Under the pieces are notes generated by a model, which worked only from the letters and a program-made list of their open reading frames with translations, ran no database searches and had not been told where the DNA came from. Below, piece after piece: positions 40,701 to 54,499 of a stretch of DNA of 64,000 nt (positions are counted from its first letter, which is position 1; the number at the start of each line of letters is the position of its first letter). Made by a program: the position numbers and the translations under genes. This DNA comes from Eledone cirrhosa (taxonomy: Eukaryota). The stretch is taken from the NCBI GenBank assembly GCA_964016885.1, contig OZ024743.1:253456001-253520000 (forward strand). The letters run 5' to 3'.

Positions 40701-42601
40701 CTTAGAAATAAATGTAAATAATAAAGAACCGAGAGTGATATTAAAATGTATTCCAATTGTAATCAATACGCTAATTATTGCCCAACCTGTATATTAAGAT
40801 TTAACATATAAGATAGTCAAAAATGATATTTTATATTAAACTAACGCTATAGATTATTGGAGAATTAATTATATTTTGAGTTGGAGAAAGATCATTAGTA
40901 ATTAACGAAAGAATTGATAAATTAGTAAATATTTCATAATAAGATGTGACATTTCAATATTCATAATTCAACTTTCATGCCCTCATCCTGTCATGATTTC
41001 AACATTTGCTTACATAATTTAGATGCATTTTAATGACTGTGCTTCATAAAATGCTAGTGCACAGAATTTAAACTATAGCAATTTTTATATATTTTGGGTT
41101 TCATTTCAAATACTACCAACGTTTAACTGAATTTGTTTACTGTGTATACTCAATTTAGTAGAGGTACACCATATATTAGTTTCGTAACATGCCATTCCTG
41201 GCATCAAACCCCATGATGTCAAAGAAGACTCTCATGTCACCCATATGGCTAAACCCTGTTTCAGCAGGGGAAAATTGAGTTAATTGGCTTGTATTTAGCT
41301 GCATTTTACTGTATTGTGGAGTAAGATGTTTCATCGAAGATTAGTGCAAAGATTACAATAATAGTAGTTTTCCCACTTTTAGGTTAATTTCAAATTCTGC
41401 CAACATTTATTCGAATTTTGTTTAACCCTTTCACCAATATATTTTGTACTGAAGTACACCATCTATAATTTTAAATTAATTTTGAAAATAATCGAAAATT
41501 TAAAGGGATTAAGTAAAATATATAACATTCTGGTTATTAAGCAAGACCTTGAAGACTTATTTAATAAGGTTTCTTACATGAATGACGATGGCTTATAATA
41601 TAAAGATAAATACTTAAAAACGAAATGTTTGTATCATAGTAAAAAGGGACAGTTTCAAGACGCTGGTATCGAAGGATGAATAAATAATTACTTATTATAT
41701 GGAATGCTAATAATTAAACAAATACGGAATTAGTATTTAAAGAAAATAGTCTTAAGTTCTGTTTGTATCTGGTTTAGAATATGTAAACCAGCGTATTGTA
41801 AAAAAAGAAACGATTAAAAGGATTGGCACAAGAAAAAACCCGGCAGTAAAATATTGCTTTAAATGGAACACGATAATGTGTATGAAGCCTTTTATATCCA
41901 GAAGGGATAATATCCCGAAAACGCTTGTGTAACCACATTACTAAGTTCAACGACACGGCGTTGGCGTGGCACTATTCGCAGATCGTCGGAAAAAGTGCGT
42001 TGTAGGATTTAGTTATGCTCTTTTACATTCTGTGTTAAAATTCCGATGAGGTCGCCTTTGCATTCCATAAATTACCATTAAAACTCTAGGATCGGTTTAA
42101 TCGGCGTTCTCCTCACCCAAATTTACTGCGATTGTGCAAAAAATTGGAAACAATTAATTTACTTGGTCATAACACCTTGGACAATCCATTGTCATTTAAA
42201 CTGGGAGTAATAGATATAAGACAGGGGGAAATAACTCCTTCGTGAAAGGAATATTGGACTAGGGGAAAACAAAATGATTTACAGAGACGAATAGTTCCTC
42301 TGTTATGTACTGAAAAAAATACACTGTTACATACTCGTAATTTCTTCAAATATTTCCTACTAATCTATAACACACACACACACACATATACCTACACACA
42401 CCTACACACATACATACACATGCATACACACACGCACACGCTCATACACACACACGCACACGCGCGCGCGCACACGCTCATACACACACACGCACATACA
42501 CACAGACACGCACATAGACACACACACACACAAGCTCATACACACACACGCACACACACGCGCACATACACACACACGCATACACACACACACACACACA
42601 A

Positions 42602-42668
<67 letters not shown>

Positions 42669-42760
42669 GTGTGTGTGTAGAGAGTATAAAGGAAACACAA
42701 ACAGACATTTCCTCTCTTCAGTTGCCTGCTACGGGTTTCGGATGTTTCCACACAACACAT

Positions 42761-42828
<68 letters not shown>

Positions 42829-43844
42829 ATATGATTTATTTTCTTTTGGTCGTTTTGGAAGCCTCAACAATGCAGATGGGTAAGTCTCCGGGTAACAGGA
42901 TCCGGTGGTGAAGAGGGAGATGTAAGGGAATGTAGAATGAGCTGTATAGTGTGTAGAGGAACGTAGGAAAGAGCGTAAAAAATAAAAATAATAACACGAT
43001 ATAGATTTACCTTGGGAGAGATTTAATTGTCCCTATATTTCGGATTCGCATCCATCAACTGGGGGATTTTCCGAGGGGGTGTATCTGTAGGAGAGGTACG
43101 GTACGTGTCCTCTGCTGTTCGCGGTTTGTGACTAACTGAGGTATTCTGCAGATCGCACGTGCGCGCGGAATAGGTGCGGTCAAGCAAAGGTCGAAGCAGT
43201 TCTTTTAATTGTGGGAGTGGGATGGCGTTAGCTGTCAATCCATTGTACTATTTATCTGTGCTGGCTTTTAGTACTATCAGTGCAGTGTAGTCGTATGGTT
43301 GTAGTCTGCCTGGTCGCTTGTTGGTCGGTGGAAGGTGGCGGTGCTACACACACAATAACAATCGTTCCAATGCCACTGTGTGTGTGTGTGCGTGTGTTGT
43401 TGTCTCGTTTGTTTACACCAACCACCTCATCTCGCTTCTCTCAGATCGGTTATTTATTTGTGGCCCTAGGCGTGTGATCCAAAGCGCATCGCCAAGACGC
43501 CGAAGAACAAAGAAAAATCCATAGATAGTCATCCATACCCCCACGCAGACATGCTCAGACAAATACATCGACCCAGGCATGCGCACTACCGTGCTCATGC
43601 ATGCATGTGTGGACACACATACATGCACCCGCATGCTCCCACACCGGAGGCATATACTTGATGAGTACTCCCCCCCCCCATCCGTCTTCACACGCGCAGC
43701 TGTGCTGATGGTGCACACAGTGTTATATGAGACAAGGCTTTTGAGGCTTTGACTCAACCCGATCACGTGGCGGTATGAGTCCGAAGATACCTGCACAATA
43801 TGTATAAATGTTAAGGCACCACAATATCCCTGTACTAATCACAT

Positions 43845-44120
43845 ATAGCTTGGGTGCCACATATATAAAAAAAAATATGTACGTACATAACATAAAATAA
43901 TATAATAATGAAATAATATACAATAATAAAATAAAATTAAATAAAATAAAATAAATTAAAATAAAATAGAATAAAATGCTGGAAAAAGTGAATTTTATTT
44001 TATTTTATTTTAATTTATTTTATTTTATTTTATTTTATTATTGTATATTATTTCATTATTATATTATTTTATGTTATGTACGTACATATTTTTATTTATA
44101 TATGTGGCACCCAAGCTATA
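43845..44120. repeat. Inverted repeat with ~115-bp arms
   Basis: ATATAGCTTGGGTGCCACATATATAAA..ATAAAAT versus ATTTTAT..TTTATATATGTGGCACCCAAGCTATAT. Confidence 0.8.
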
Positions 44121-44999
44121 TGTATATATATATACCAAGTACTCGTTTTCTCCATGTAGATTACAAAACTTTCTTTATTACACAAATTGCCAGGTCTTTT
44201 CCCTTTCCTAATACAAATTCGCTGTTTCTTTTGAACCACACATAAATATGCACTATTTGATGGATAATGCCAAGTGCATTCCTTTCATACACCCAAACAC
44301 AAGCACACACATATATACACACATGCATAAACACACTCTCTCATGCATATAGTCATAATCATACATAATCCATAAGTAGTTCATATATTTTACAATCCAT
44401 GCATCCCTGTCATATATCTTTAGAATCCTGGCACTTCATAATACACACATTTTCCTCTGTAAAGTGTGAAACCTCACTCTCATCAACAAAAAAACAGAAC
44501 TTCCATAAATGTCTTAAAGACACCAGCAATTTTTCGCATAAAATTGCTGATATTTCCATATTCCTATTATTGTTATTATTATTATCATCATCATCATAGT
44601 TGTTTTCTTTATTCATGAGAATGCAAATATGACAACGTAACTGTTGTCGCTGTTTGACAAATAATTTATGGAATAAAATTATGAATGCAGTCTTCAAATC
44701 TGAGGGCTTTATGTATTACTGAATGTCGCCGAAATGTTTATTTTCATTTGTGTTTCGTTATTCTACTTTTCTACTGGTTTCACTCATTATACTGCGGTCT
44801 TATTGGGGCTAAGCGTGGACAATTAAGCGGCCTTGATTTAGTCTTCATATCGAACACAATAGATTTTCATATCGTGTTCTTATATTATCGTTTGCACTTC
44901 TGTCAAACTACTAAGTTATTGGATATAAACATAGACACAAATACAACCAAACACAAAAAGAGACGAACATGCACACGAATGCACACACGTGCGTGTGCG

Positions 45000-45083
<84 letters not shown>

Positions 45084-46372
45084 TATATATATATATAAAC
45101 GAAACGGATACTTACATATAAAAGAGGTGTTGAAAGTGAGATGAGATTTTGCTTGTGTGTTTTGGATTGATATGAATGTGGGTGTGTGTTTGTCTGTGTG
45201 GGGGTATCTACATCACACTTGAGGGGTGTTTGATAGTGGGTGACCAGTTGCTAATTGTGTGGGCGTGCACATGTGTAACTGTGAATATTTACATATGAGC
45301 TCACTTCACCTAGGTATGTGTACTTGTGCATATATATATATACAGTCGCACACATGAAGAGAAGTTTTGGTAAGGTGTTGTAGGAAAAGGAAGGCAGTGG
45401 CAAGTAAGTTCGTTGCCTACTTCCATGGATGTAAGGGATATTGTGAAGCATTAAGTACAATGCTATGACAGTGCAAACACTGGCCGCTAAAATGTGAATA
45501 TATATTTCCAAAATTTACAATTGAACGCTTGACAGAAATAGAGGAGCGGATGGATGAGGGACGAAATAGTATGCAGACTGTACACAAATTGTCTTTATGA
45601 GTTTAGCTGAATGTTATGTACTTTGTATCACATTTGTATAATTAAACATGTACATTCCTTTATGTATTTTGTCAGTTCACTGTAATTTCATTTAAATTTT
45701 ATTTCATTCGATTGTGTTTACTTTATATTTCTGTAATTCGTTTCCGCCTCCTTTCTCGTACTTTAACATACTCTAGGACAGTGCTCAACTAAACTGCTAG
45801 ATGTTTGAACCCCGAATGGACCAGCAGTATTATCTTGTAGGGCTTGTAATTTTGTAAGAATATGTCAAAAGACGATAACCACGGAATTGTTTGTGCTGTC
45901 CATGTTACAATGTGTATATCATCTATATCACATCACGTCTGTTCCTGTACTTTTGTCTGGTTTTCATCTACCAAATTCCTCTCACAAATCCTTGATCAAC
46001 ACGAAGACAAGTATCCATACCAAAACCACGTGGATGTAAAAGGAACTCCTAAACCACACAGTTATGGCAGCCTTTATGTTACTAAAAGAAAAGTATAAAA
46101 AATGAGTATTTATCGTAGAGCAGGCGTGTGCACTAAGAAAATGGAATATAATTCGCTGAAAGTTCCTTATACTAAGCAGGACCAACATTTTAAGGCCCAA
46201 AATATTAGGACGAACGAAACAATAGCAATGTTCAGCCTTATATCTATTTCCACATTATATATGTATATATATAATGATCAGCCAGTCTGCTAATATGCAA
46301 ATCAGGCCGATCAGTCACTGTATATTTCAAAAAATATCATATTTTCACTAGGTATTTTGGCAGGTAAGCAGT

Positions 46373-46424
46373 AAACTGCACTGATGAAGGGTAATCACCC
46401 AGAAATGTTAGTGTCTGCAGCTTT
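46373..46424 (+). ncRNA. Minimal type I hammerhead (CpG-decayed stem III)
   Basis: AAACTGCA-CTGATGA-AGGGT-AATC-ACCCA-GAAA-TGTTAGT-GTC-TGCAGCTTT; GUC site at 46413-46415. Confidence 0.7.
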
Positions 46425-46623
46425 ATTTGCATGCCAACACAAGAGCAAGAATGAGGGGCTCATTCTATTGACATGGCTTATAAAAGAGGGTGTGTTTGCA
46501 TAATTACAAACAAATCGAATATTATTATTAATATTTGAAAAACTCAGATTAGATTTATTGTATTCAGACATGTAGAGCGATAGTTGTTAGTTATGTATTT
46601 ATATATATATATATATATATATA

Positions 46624-46786
46624 TAACGAAGGAAATGTGGTAAGGAACTAGATGGACCATAACGCACCAAAGTACTCAATACTTAGGGTAGTAGAGTGGG
46701 TAATAGGAACGAGCAGGACCCTGACGGGGTCCAGAATTAGCCGTCGAAACGGCTTGAGCTCAGCCGTCGGGGTCCTACTCGTTCCT
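46624..46786. mobile_element. Family A fold-back element, copy 3
   Basis: Near-identical to 25159-25318 and to the reverse complement of parts of 441-653. Confidence 0.7.
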
Positions 46787-46789
46787 CTT

Positions 46790-46829
<40 letters not shown>

Positions 46830-47165
46830 AAAGAAGAAATTAAAAGATGGTTAAAAAAGTTCCATGTATTTTATTATGCGCATTACAAAAACAAATATCA
46901 TCCAGGGACGATATTTGCGTTCTCATCGGATAAAATAGGGAGACATGATATGAAGCTTAAAAAAGACACTTGTGAGCAAGGTAGTGTCTAAACAATATAT
47001 ATGGATGATATTTGTTTTTGAAATGCGCATAATAAAATACATGGAACTTTTTTAACCATCTTTTAATTTCTTCTTATATATACTCCAGTCCAATAAACTG
47101 TTGAGTGCTACTTATCCGATATTTGCATTGCTTTATTTTGCTACAATAAAACTCACCTCCTACAA
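46830..47165 (+). mobile_element. Fold-back element with degenerate hammerhead-like core
   Basis: 46831-46904 is inverted to 47002-47075. Reads TGGATGA..GAAA-TGCGC-ATA (palindromic ATGCGCAT), followed by a TTGAGTGC tail. Confidence 0.5.
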
Positions 47166-47616
47166 TTATATATATATATATATATATGTGTGTGTGGGGG
47201 GGGGGGGGGTGTATCCCGGATTCAATCGGGGGTAACCACAATAAGAAAAGTACTCAATACACAGCAGCGTATAAATATTTGATATACAAATGGCTTCTAC
47301 AGAACTAGAACTGTCATTCGAATGAAACATTTCTAGTTCTGTAGAAGTCATTTCTATATGTACATATATATATAATTATTCAACTAAAAAAAGGTTAGTT
47401 CATCAATTAATCAACCGACTGTCGTTGTAAACAGACGTAAAACACTCCACCTATGGGTTGCTGAAAGCATCATCAACAAGGTGTCAAACAGCGTGTCAAT
47501 ATATACATATAGGTAGTGAAAGTGAAAAAGCATTGGGTATATTTGGAGATTGTTTCTTTCTATAATCTACAAAATAAATAATTGTTACCTTAATTGTATT
47601 TAAATTTTATCAAATA

Positions 47617-48492
47617 CTAGCAGTAAAGCCCGGCGTTGCTCGGGGTCGCTCAGTAGCTGTGTTAAAGTTACAATGTTAAGTTTCTTTCTTGGCTTATAAA
47701 CTGTAGTGTCTACTGTGCAGACTTGCATGTGGTGTTTTTGATTAATATTCCCTCAACCAACAATATGCCTTATGAAGTTAAGAAAACATAACGATAACCC
47801 GAATGTTATAACAAAAGAGGATGCTGGGGATAAAAACTGCACTGGTTATTTATTAACAAAGATCGAAAATGTAAACACTGCAACGCAGAGAAAAACATTA
47901 GCGTAACCAAATTATCAGTTATGTCTGTCTGCACGCCTATATCACCTCTCTGCACGACTGTCTGTCTGCACGCCTATATCACCTCTCTGCACGACTATCT
48001 GTCTGCACGCGTATATCACCTCTCTGCACGACTGTCTGTCTGAACGACTGTCTGTCTGCACGCCTAACGACGAAATTTTTGCTTGTTTTACGTAGTCTTT
48101 AAATAGACTTGTTTTCAAGTAAAAATATTGTTTTAAAATGCTTTTAAATGGAAATGAAGCAAAACGGAAGCTTAGTGTTCGAACTGATAAATTTTGCAGG
48201 TCAATATTTTGCTGGCTCGACAACTGTTAAAGCCAGCGTAATTTTTTACGTAAGACGCTCAATGTAAACAGAACAAAGGGAAATAACTGATAACTTACGC
48301 TCAAAAATCGATACATTATATTCGATTTCGTCACATAGGGTGGGTCAATTTGAAATGTTTGTTTCCGATGTCTTCGCTAGGGCTCAATGTACAAGTATAG
48401 CAATTTCGGTGCAATTTCGTGAGAGATTCTAAGAGGAGATGTGTGCCAAAAATCGATAGACAGACAGACAACCACAGTTTTATATATATAGA
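47617..48492 (-). mobile_element. Non-autonomous Helitron with internal ~36-bp minisatellite
   Basis: Minus 5' end TCTATATATATAAAACTGTGGTTGTCTGTCTGTC; 3' hairpin CCCGAGCAACGCCGGG then CTTTACTG-CTAG|T. Repeats of CTGTCTGCACGCCTATATCACCTCTCTGCACGA at 47925-48065. Confidence 0.8.
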
Positions 48493-48494
48493 CT

Positions 48495-49284
48495 ACCGCT
48501 TTCGATTTGTATGTCAATCTTATCATATATTTAAAACTTTGTTTATTTTCTGTGGGTGTTTAGTGTGTGTGTATATATATAATTGTTTCTACTTTTGACT
48601 TTTGGCACAAGGCCAGCAATTACCAGAGTGTATTACTGGTACTTTATTTTATCGACCCCATAAGGATGAAAGGCAAGGTTAACCTCGACGGGATTTGAAC
48701 TCAGAATGGCAAGGGCGGTAACACTATGCGTCAAAGCATGGCATCCGACCTTCTACCGATACTGACAATCCACCACCCTATATATATGTTTACCGAATTC
48801 GCAGACCAGACCCCTTCTTCCTCCCGTTAGACCTGTGCGAAATTCCTTCCTTGCTCACATTTCAGCCAGGTTTGATGGTCTTTATTCTATCGTTCACGAT
48901 TTCACCGAATTTAAATTCATAGAAATCTGGGACTTGTCTCTTTCTTCCTCACTATCTGTTGCTTCACCATTTTGTTTGTTTACCCTCGCGTCCCCTTTAT
49001 TTACGTGTCCCAACGACTTTTTTTATCCGTTGCTCGCACAAACCGGAGGTATATGGTCTTTAAAGCGATGAAATACCTATGATGGTTGGAAGATCACTGA
49101 TGAAGGACAAACTTTTATCGGTAGAGGGTCGGACGCCATGCTTTGACGCATAGTGTTACCGCCCTTGCCATTCAGAGTTCCAATCCCGTCGAGGTTAACT
49201 TTGCCTTTCATCCTTATGGGGTCGATAAAAGAAAGTACCAGTAATACACTGGGTAATTGCTGGCCTTTTGCCAAAAGTAGAAAC

Positions 49285-49328
<44 letters not shown>

Positions 49329-49396
49329 AACACCCACAGGAAATAAACAAAGTTTTAAATATATTATAAGATTGACATACAAATCGAAAGCGGTAA
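48495..49396. repeat. ~270-bp inverted duplication (containing a SINE) around a pLTR-family fragment
   Basis: 48495-48760 is the reverse complement of ~49117-49396; the centre 48815-49115 matches the 59046-60025 family. Confidence 0.8.
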
Positions 49397-49429
49397 TATT
49401 TGATGAAATTTAAATCCATTTAAGGTAAC

Positions 49430-49485
<56 letters not shown>

Positions 49486-49599
49486 TGAGGCAAATAACTA
49501 TGTGTATACTCTGGTAATGTATCTTACATTGCCAATTGAGTGCGCTGAGATACAACTGGTACTGGCATTGATAAATATGCTGGGTCCGTCAACCCTTAT

Positions 49600-49655
<56 letters not shown>

Positions 49656-50105
49656 GAGTTGTAGTCGCAGTAGAGTGCATGTGGCCATAATTTATAACCA
49701 TAACAACGATAAATGCAAATTGGTAGGAAACTAATCTGAACCATCTCAAATAGATAAGAATCGGTAGAAATCCCTAAAAAGCTTCGATAGGTTTCTGAGA
49801 ATCGGGAAGGTTTACCAGGAGTTGCACAATGCATATGCAAGTCTTAATGTGCCTAGCTATTGAACGGGAAATCCTTTTCTGAGCAAGTGTACTTTCAATA
49901 TTTTCCAACGTTGTTCAGTTTGCAGGTAGTAGGGAAGCATTCTAATGTAGTAGTAAATCCTATTGAGTCATCACGTGTCTTCTCTCAAAACTGGCGTGTA
50001 TACGCAAGGTATGAACAAAGAGATTTTCGCAGCCACAAAATGCTCTGAAATATAATTTATAAATAAAAATAACTAATAGGTTATTAATTAATTACTATAT
50101 GTATA

Positions 50106-50215
<110 letters not shown>

Positions 50216-50914
50216 CTATCAGCATCACCAGAAAAGCACTATGACGAGATTAACCGACAACTCCATCTCTAGATCCCTTAACCGAGAATAATCAGAACCA
50301 TTAGGGCCTGTCACATGTGGTGAACGACGGAGTAAATTGACTTCGGCAGAATTTGAACTCAAAACTTGCACAATTGTAACTACATATGATAAAACTTTGT
50401 TCCCGGATCTCGTTGTCAACTTTCCTCAGGCAACGCATGCATCTCGTGGGTCGTTATTTTGTAGGTCTACGAATAAGGATTGGGTTGCTCAGCTTAGCTC
50501 TAGTTTTCATTAGCATGTTAGGGTGTTTTACAAGAGCTGGGCAATCTAGTAGTTCATGCTGAGAGCTGGGCAACCTAGTAGTTCATGCTGTTCGTTTTCT
50601 ATATAATGTGTTCGATATTCTATTTGCAGTAAATTGGAAGTGATACACGAAAATATGGAGAAGAGAAAAATATTAACGGAAGTGTCTGATCTATTTAAAC
50701 ATTATGATTCGGTTCTGAAAAACATTCTGAAAAACAATAAACAGTGTGCTGATTATAGCAATCTAACTCAACCAAACCAAACAAAACGAAAGGAAGATCT
50801 TTGACCTAAACAGTCAACAGAGTATATGCGCAGAAAATAGTCAACAAAATTGAGGAAAGTTTTACAGAAAATACAAATTTCATCCTCCTCTTTGTGTTCA
50901 CAAACCATTTAATG

Positions 50915-50995
<81 letters not shown>

Positions 50996-51212
50996 CTTTC
51001 GCCGTATTTTCGACTAAAGAAATGTTAGCCTGATAGTGGGGTTTAGACCCATCAAAAAATGGAAAAAATGCGTATTGACGTACATGGGAGTCGAACCTAC
51101 ATCCTTGGTTATCCAGACGACTGTACGTCAATAATGATTTTTTTCCATTCCTTAGAGGGTTCTAAACCCCACTATTTGGCTAAAATTTCTTTAGAAAAAA
51201 ATACGGCGAAAG
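50996..51212. repeat. ~215-bp hairpin with a tRNA T-arm/B-box in its loop
   Basis: Arms CTTTCGCCGTATTTT..ATTGACGTACA and TGTACGTCAAT..AAAATACGGCGAAAG; the loop on the minus strand contains GGTTCGACTCCC. Confidence 0.7.
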
Positions 51213-52299
51213 ATTCTATTTCAAATTTCAAATTCGCTCGCTGTTCAAAATCATAATTACTATATATATATATATATAGATATAGATATATATATATGTG
51301 TGTGTGTGTGGTCTCGTAACTCCTGATTGAGTCGTTGGGTATCATATTTATCTACGCCGTTTCTTGGACATGTTAACCCTGATGGAGCCAATTCCCAAAG
51401 AAAGGAAGAATAGACGCCAGTACTAGACTGGTACATTTGTATCGACCTCGAAAAGATAAAAAGGATGACAGGCAAGTTGACCTCGGCACGATTTCAACTC
51501 AGAACAAACACCATAAAGCATACTATCCCACGTTCTAATGACTCCAATTCAATTATATATTTATATATATAAATGTGTGTGTGTGTATGTGTGTGTGTAT
51601 TATCTTTTATATGTCAACTCTTCTAGACGGGATGTTCGATATAATGTTTTACAACCCGATGCCTTATATGACGTCAACATTTTTTATCGCCCTTACAACA
51701 TACAGGGATATGGTGAACCTATTATAAAATACAGAGCACACACACATATCAATGTACACCTGCATAAGTATATCAATGAAAATTGTTACTGTTCTGTAAA
51801 TGTATGCTAACATTACAAATATAAACATTTATATTTGGAAATGGAATAAACAAGTAAATAAAATAATATGAGATGAAATGAAAAGAAATGAAATGAAATT
51901 CAAAAAGGAAGTTAAAAGTATGTTATTTCCATTTTAAAGATTAGTTACCATGAAATAATAATATTGGATGTACACATCTTTCTTAGCAGAGAATGAAAAA
52001 CTCCATTGCAAAATATGTGGTAAAGATGCATAATGGCTATAAGAAGGATGGTGCTGTTATTATATATATTTCTGCCATACAAAGTAAAAGTGGAAAACAT
52101 TCGGCCATAATGTCAGTAAATTACGACTAATTGACTTTAGTCTCATACAAACATGACATAAACGAAGTTAGAAATACTGTAAACGTAAAGTAGTTTTACT
52201 GATTTTAAAATTCCTTTGAATTAGATTAAAACAAAACGCACACACCGATCACTAATTGTGAATGCGTCTCCCATCTTATATATATATATATATATGCAT

Positions 52300-52425
<126 letters not shown>

Positions 52426-52469
52426 TTATATATATTAATGTATAAATATGTATATATGTATCTATGTAA

Positions 52470-52532
<63 letters not shown>

Positions 52533-52574
52533 CATATATATATTCATGTATAAATATATGTATATGTATCTACG

Positions 52575-52634
<60 letters not shown>

Positions 52635-52675
52635 CATATATATATTCATGTATAAATATATGTATATGTATCTAC

Positions 52676-52717
<42 letters not shown>

Positions 52718-52741
52718 GTATATATATATATATGTATGATG

Positions 52742-52772
<31 letters not shown>

Positions 52773-54220
52773 TTATTTATTTATACCTACAATGTACTAA
52801 ACGTTGCACCAATGTTACTCACAGCACAACTCTACCGTGTGGTTCTTTGCAAGAATCTTTTACGTTTATCGTTCATGTAATCCATACTTTCAACGAAATG
52901 ACTGCAGTTAAATTTTAAACTTCAAACCAGAAACTGTTGTCTAGTAATATGTGTGAAATACTATACTGTACTGAAAGTTTTGTCTGTAATTGTCAAAGAT
53001 ATTTAGAAATAAACAGGAATAACGTAAAATTAAGTGACTTTTAACATCTTTTAATGGTTCAGCAGAAAATAGCTTAACATGGGTTTGTAAATTCAAAATG
53101 TATGTAGTATCTTTAATTGTGGACAAATTGTTTTGAAAATGTAGGTAACGACTATAAGTTTTATGGTGATGCAGGATTAATGCTATTTTATATTTTTCAA
53201 GAATGTCTTGCAAATGCAGTTTTATGGCATACGGGGAAGTAAGATTTATTAAAACTTAAACCGAAAACTTGTGTCTCCTAAATTATATGAAATAAGCTAT
53301 ACGATGTACGCCTGCTTGTGAATTCGATTCCTGGCAGCTTGTTGTCCTTCAATTCGACTCTTTATTTCTCGTTCTCCTGTTTATTTAGTTGCACAAAATG
53401 AGTGTAACCTGAAGCTCAAAGAGCCTGCCTTTCCATACACCGAATCCTATGGAAACACCCTGAGAATATTATTAAGGTTACACTTGTCAGTTGAAGCCAT
53501 CGGCAGAACCATGGTTATATATTCGGCTCTGTCTGTAGTTGTCGGAGATGTATAAAACAACGTGGCTATCATGTGAAATGAAGTTCAAAACTCTTGAAAA
53601 ATACGAAAAACTTTCTTTAATCTTTAACTGACCAGCCACAAACCACCACTGTTTCTATGTAACCACCCCATCCCATTTTAAGGGGTTACTACTTAAAATT
53701 AAACCTCCTAAAATAATTTTATATAAGAACACGTTGATATTTTACAAATAACATTTTAATTAAAAAAATTATCGTTTTAACAAATACTCCCCAGATTATT
53801 CATTAATTACTTAATATATGAAGTATTTCATTAAAAATACAGTAATGAAAATGTTAAGTTTCCTTTTAATTACACTATACTAATTTGTGTGAAATAAATT
53901 ATAAATCCTGATATATGTGGGAAATGCCAGTGGCTCGGTATTTAGAGCCATATACTTCCAATACTGCCAAGATGCATGTGGGCAAGGCCAGCTGCTCGAT
54001 ATTTAGAGCACTATGCTAATCCTGCTGTGTAAATCCCTTTTTACCTAGATAGATGTAGGCAGAGCCAACAGTTTGGTATTTAGAGCCTGCAATGTACACC
54101 CTTTCTGCCAATTATGCAATAGATTACACCATGTAACATATTTTTAGTTCCCCGATTCTAAGTGTCATTTCCTGGTTTGTTGTATCTCATTATTATAAAA
54201 ATACACTATTATTTAATCAG

Positions 54221-54284
54221 TCGATAACATAAAGTACCAGTAATGCACTGGGTAATTGCTGGCCTTGTGCCTAAAGTAGAAACA
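54221..54284 (+). mobile_element. 5'-truncated SINE 3' end with 13-bp TSD, nested in the transposon
   Basis: ATTATTTAATCAG at 54208-54220 and 54285-54297 flanks TCGATAA..AGTACCAGTAA..GCTGGCCTTGTGCCTAAAGTAGAAACA. Confidence 0.8.
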
Positions 54285-54499
54285 ATTATTTAATCAGAAG
54301 TTTGGGTTTGTGGTCAGGAGTTTGATATTTCGAATTTTCATATGCTTCAAGCAAAAACACATTTTCTTTTTTATTTATCAGTTCATATAATTAAATGAAC
54401 AGAGTATATATTTATTTTATTGCACAAGCTTATCAAAAGCAAACAAGTAAAAACAAATAACACTTATAAAACAACTTATACACGTCAGAAATGACTGGA

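Noticed and set aside
42710-42750. CGAAAC..GTA..CTGAAGA on the minus strand as a type II/III hammerhead
   Set aside because: Stems I and II cannot be paired convincingly.
51988-52060. CKICGK as a zinc-finger or nuclear-receptor exon
   Set aside because: Stop codons follow immediately and no further Cys/His ligands or clear donor site are present.
53926-54087. CRISPR-like repeat-spacer pattern
   Set aside because: Only three degenerate repeats, unequal spacers, eukaryotic context and no cas genes.
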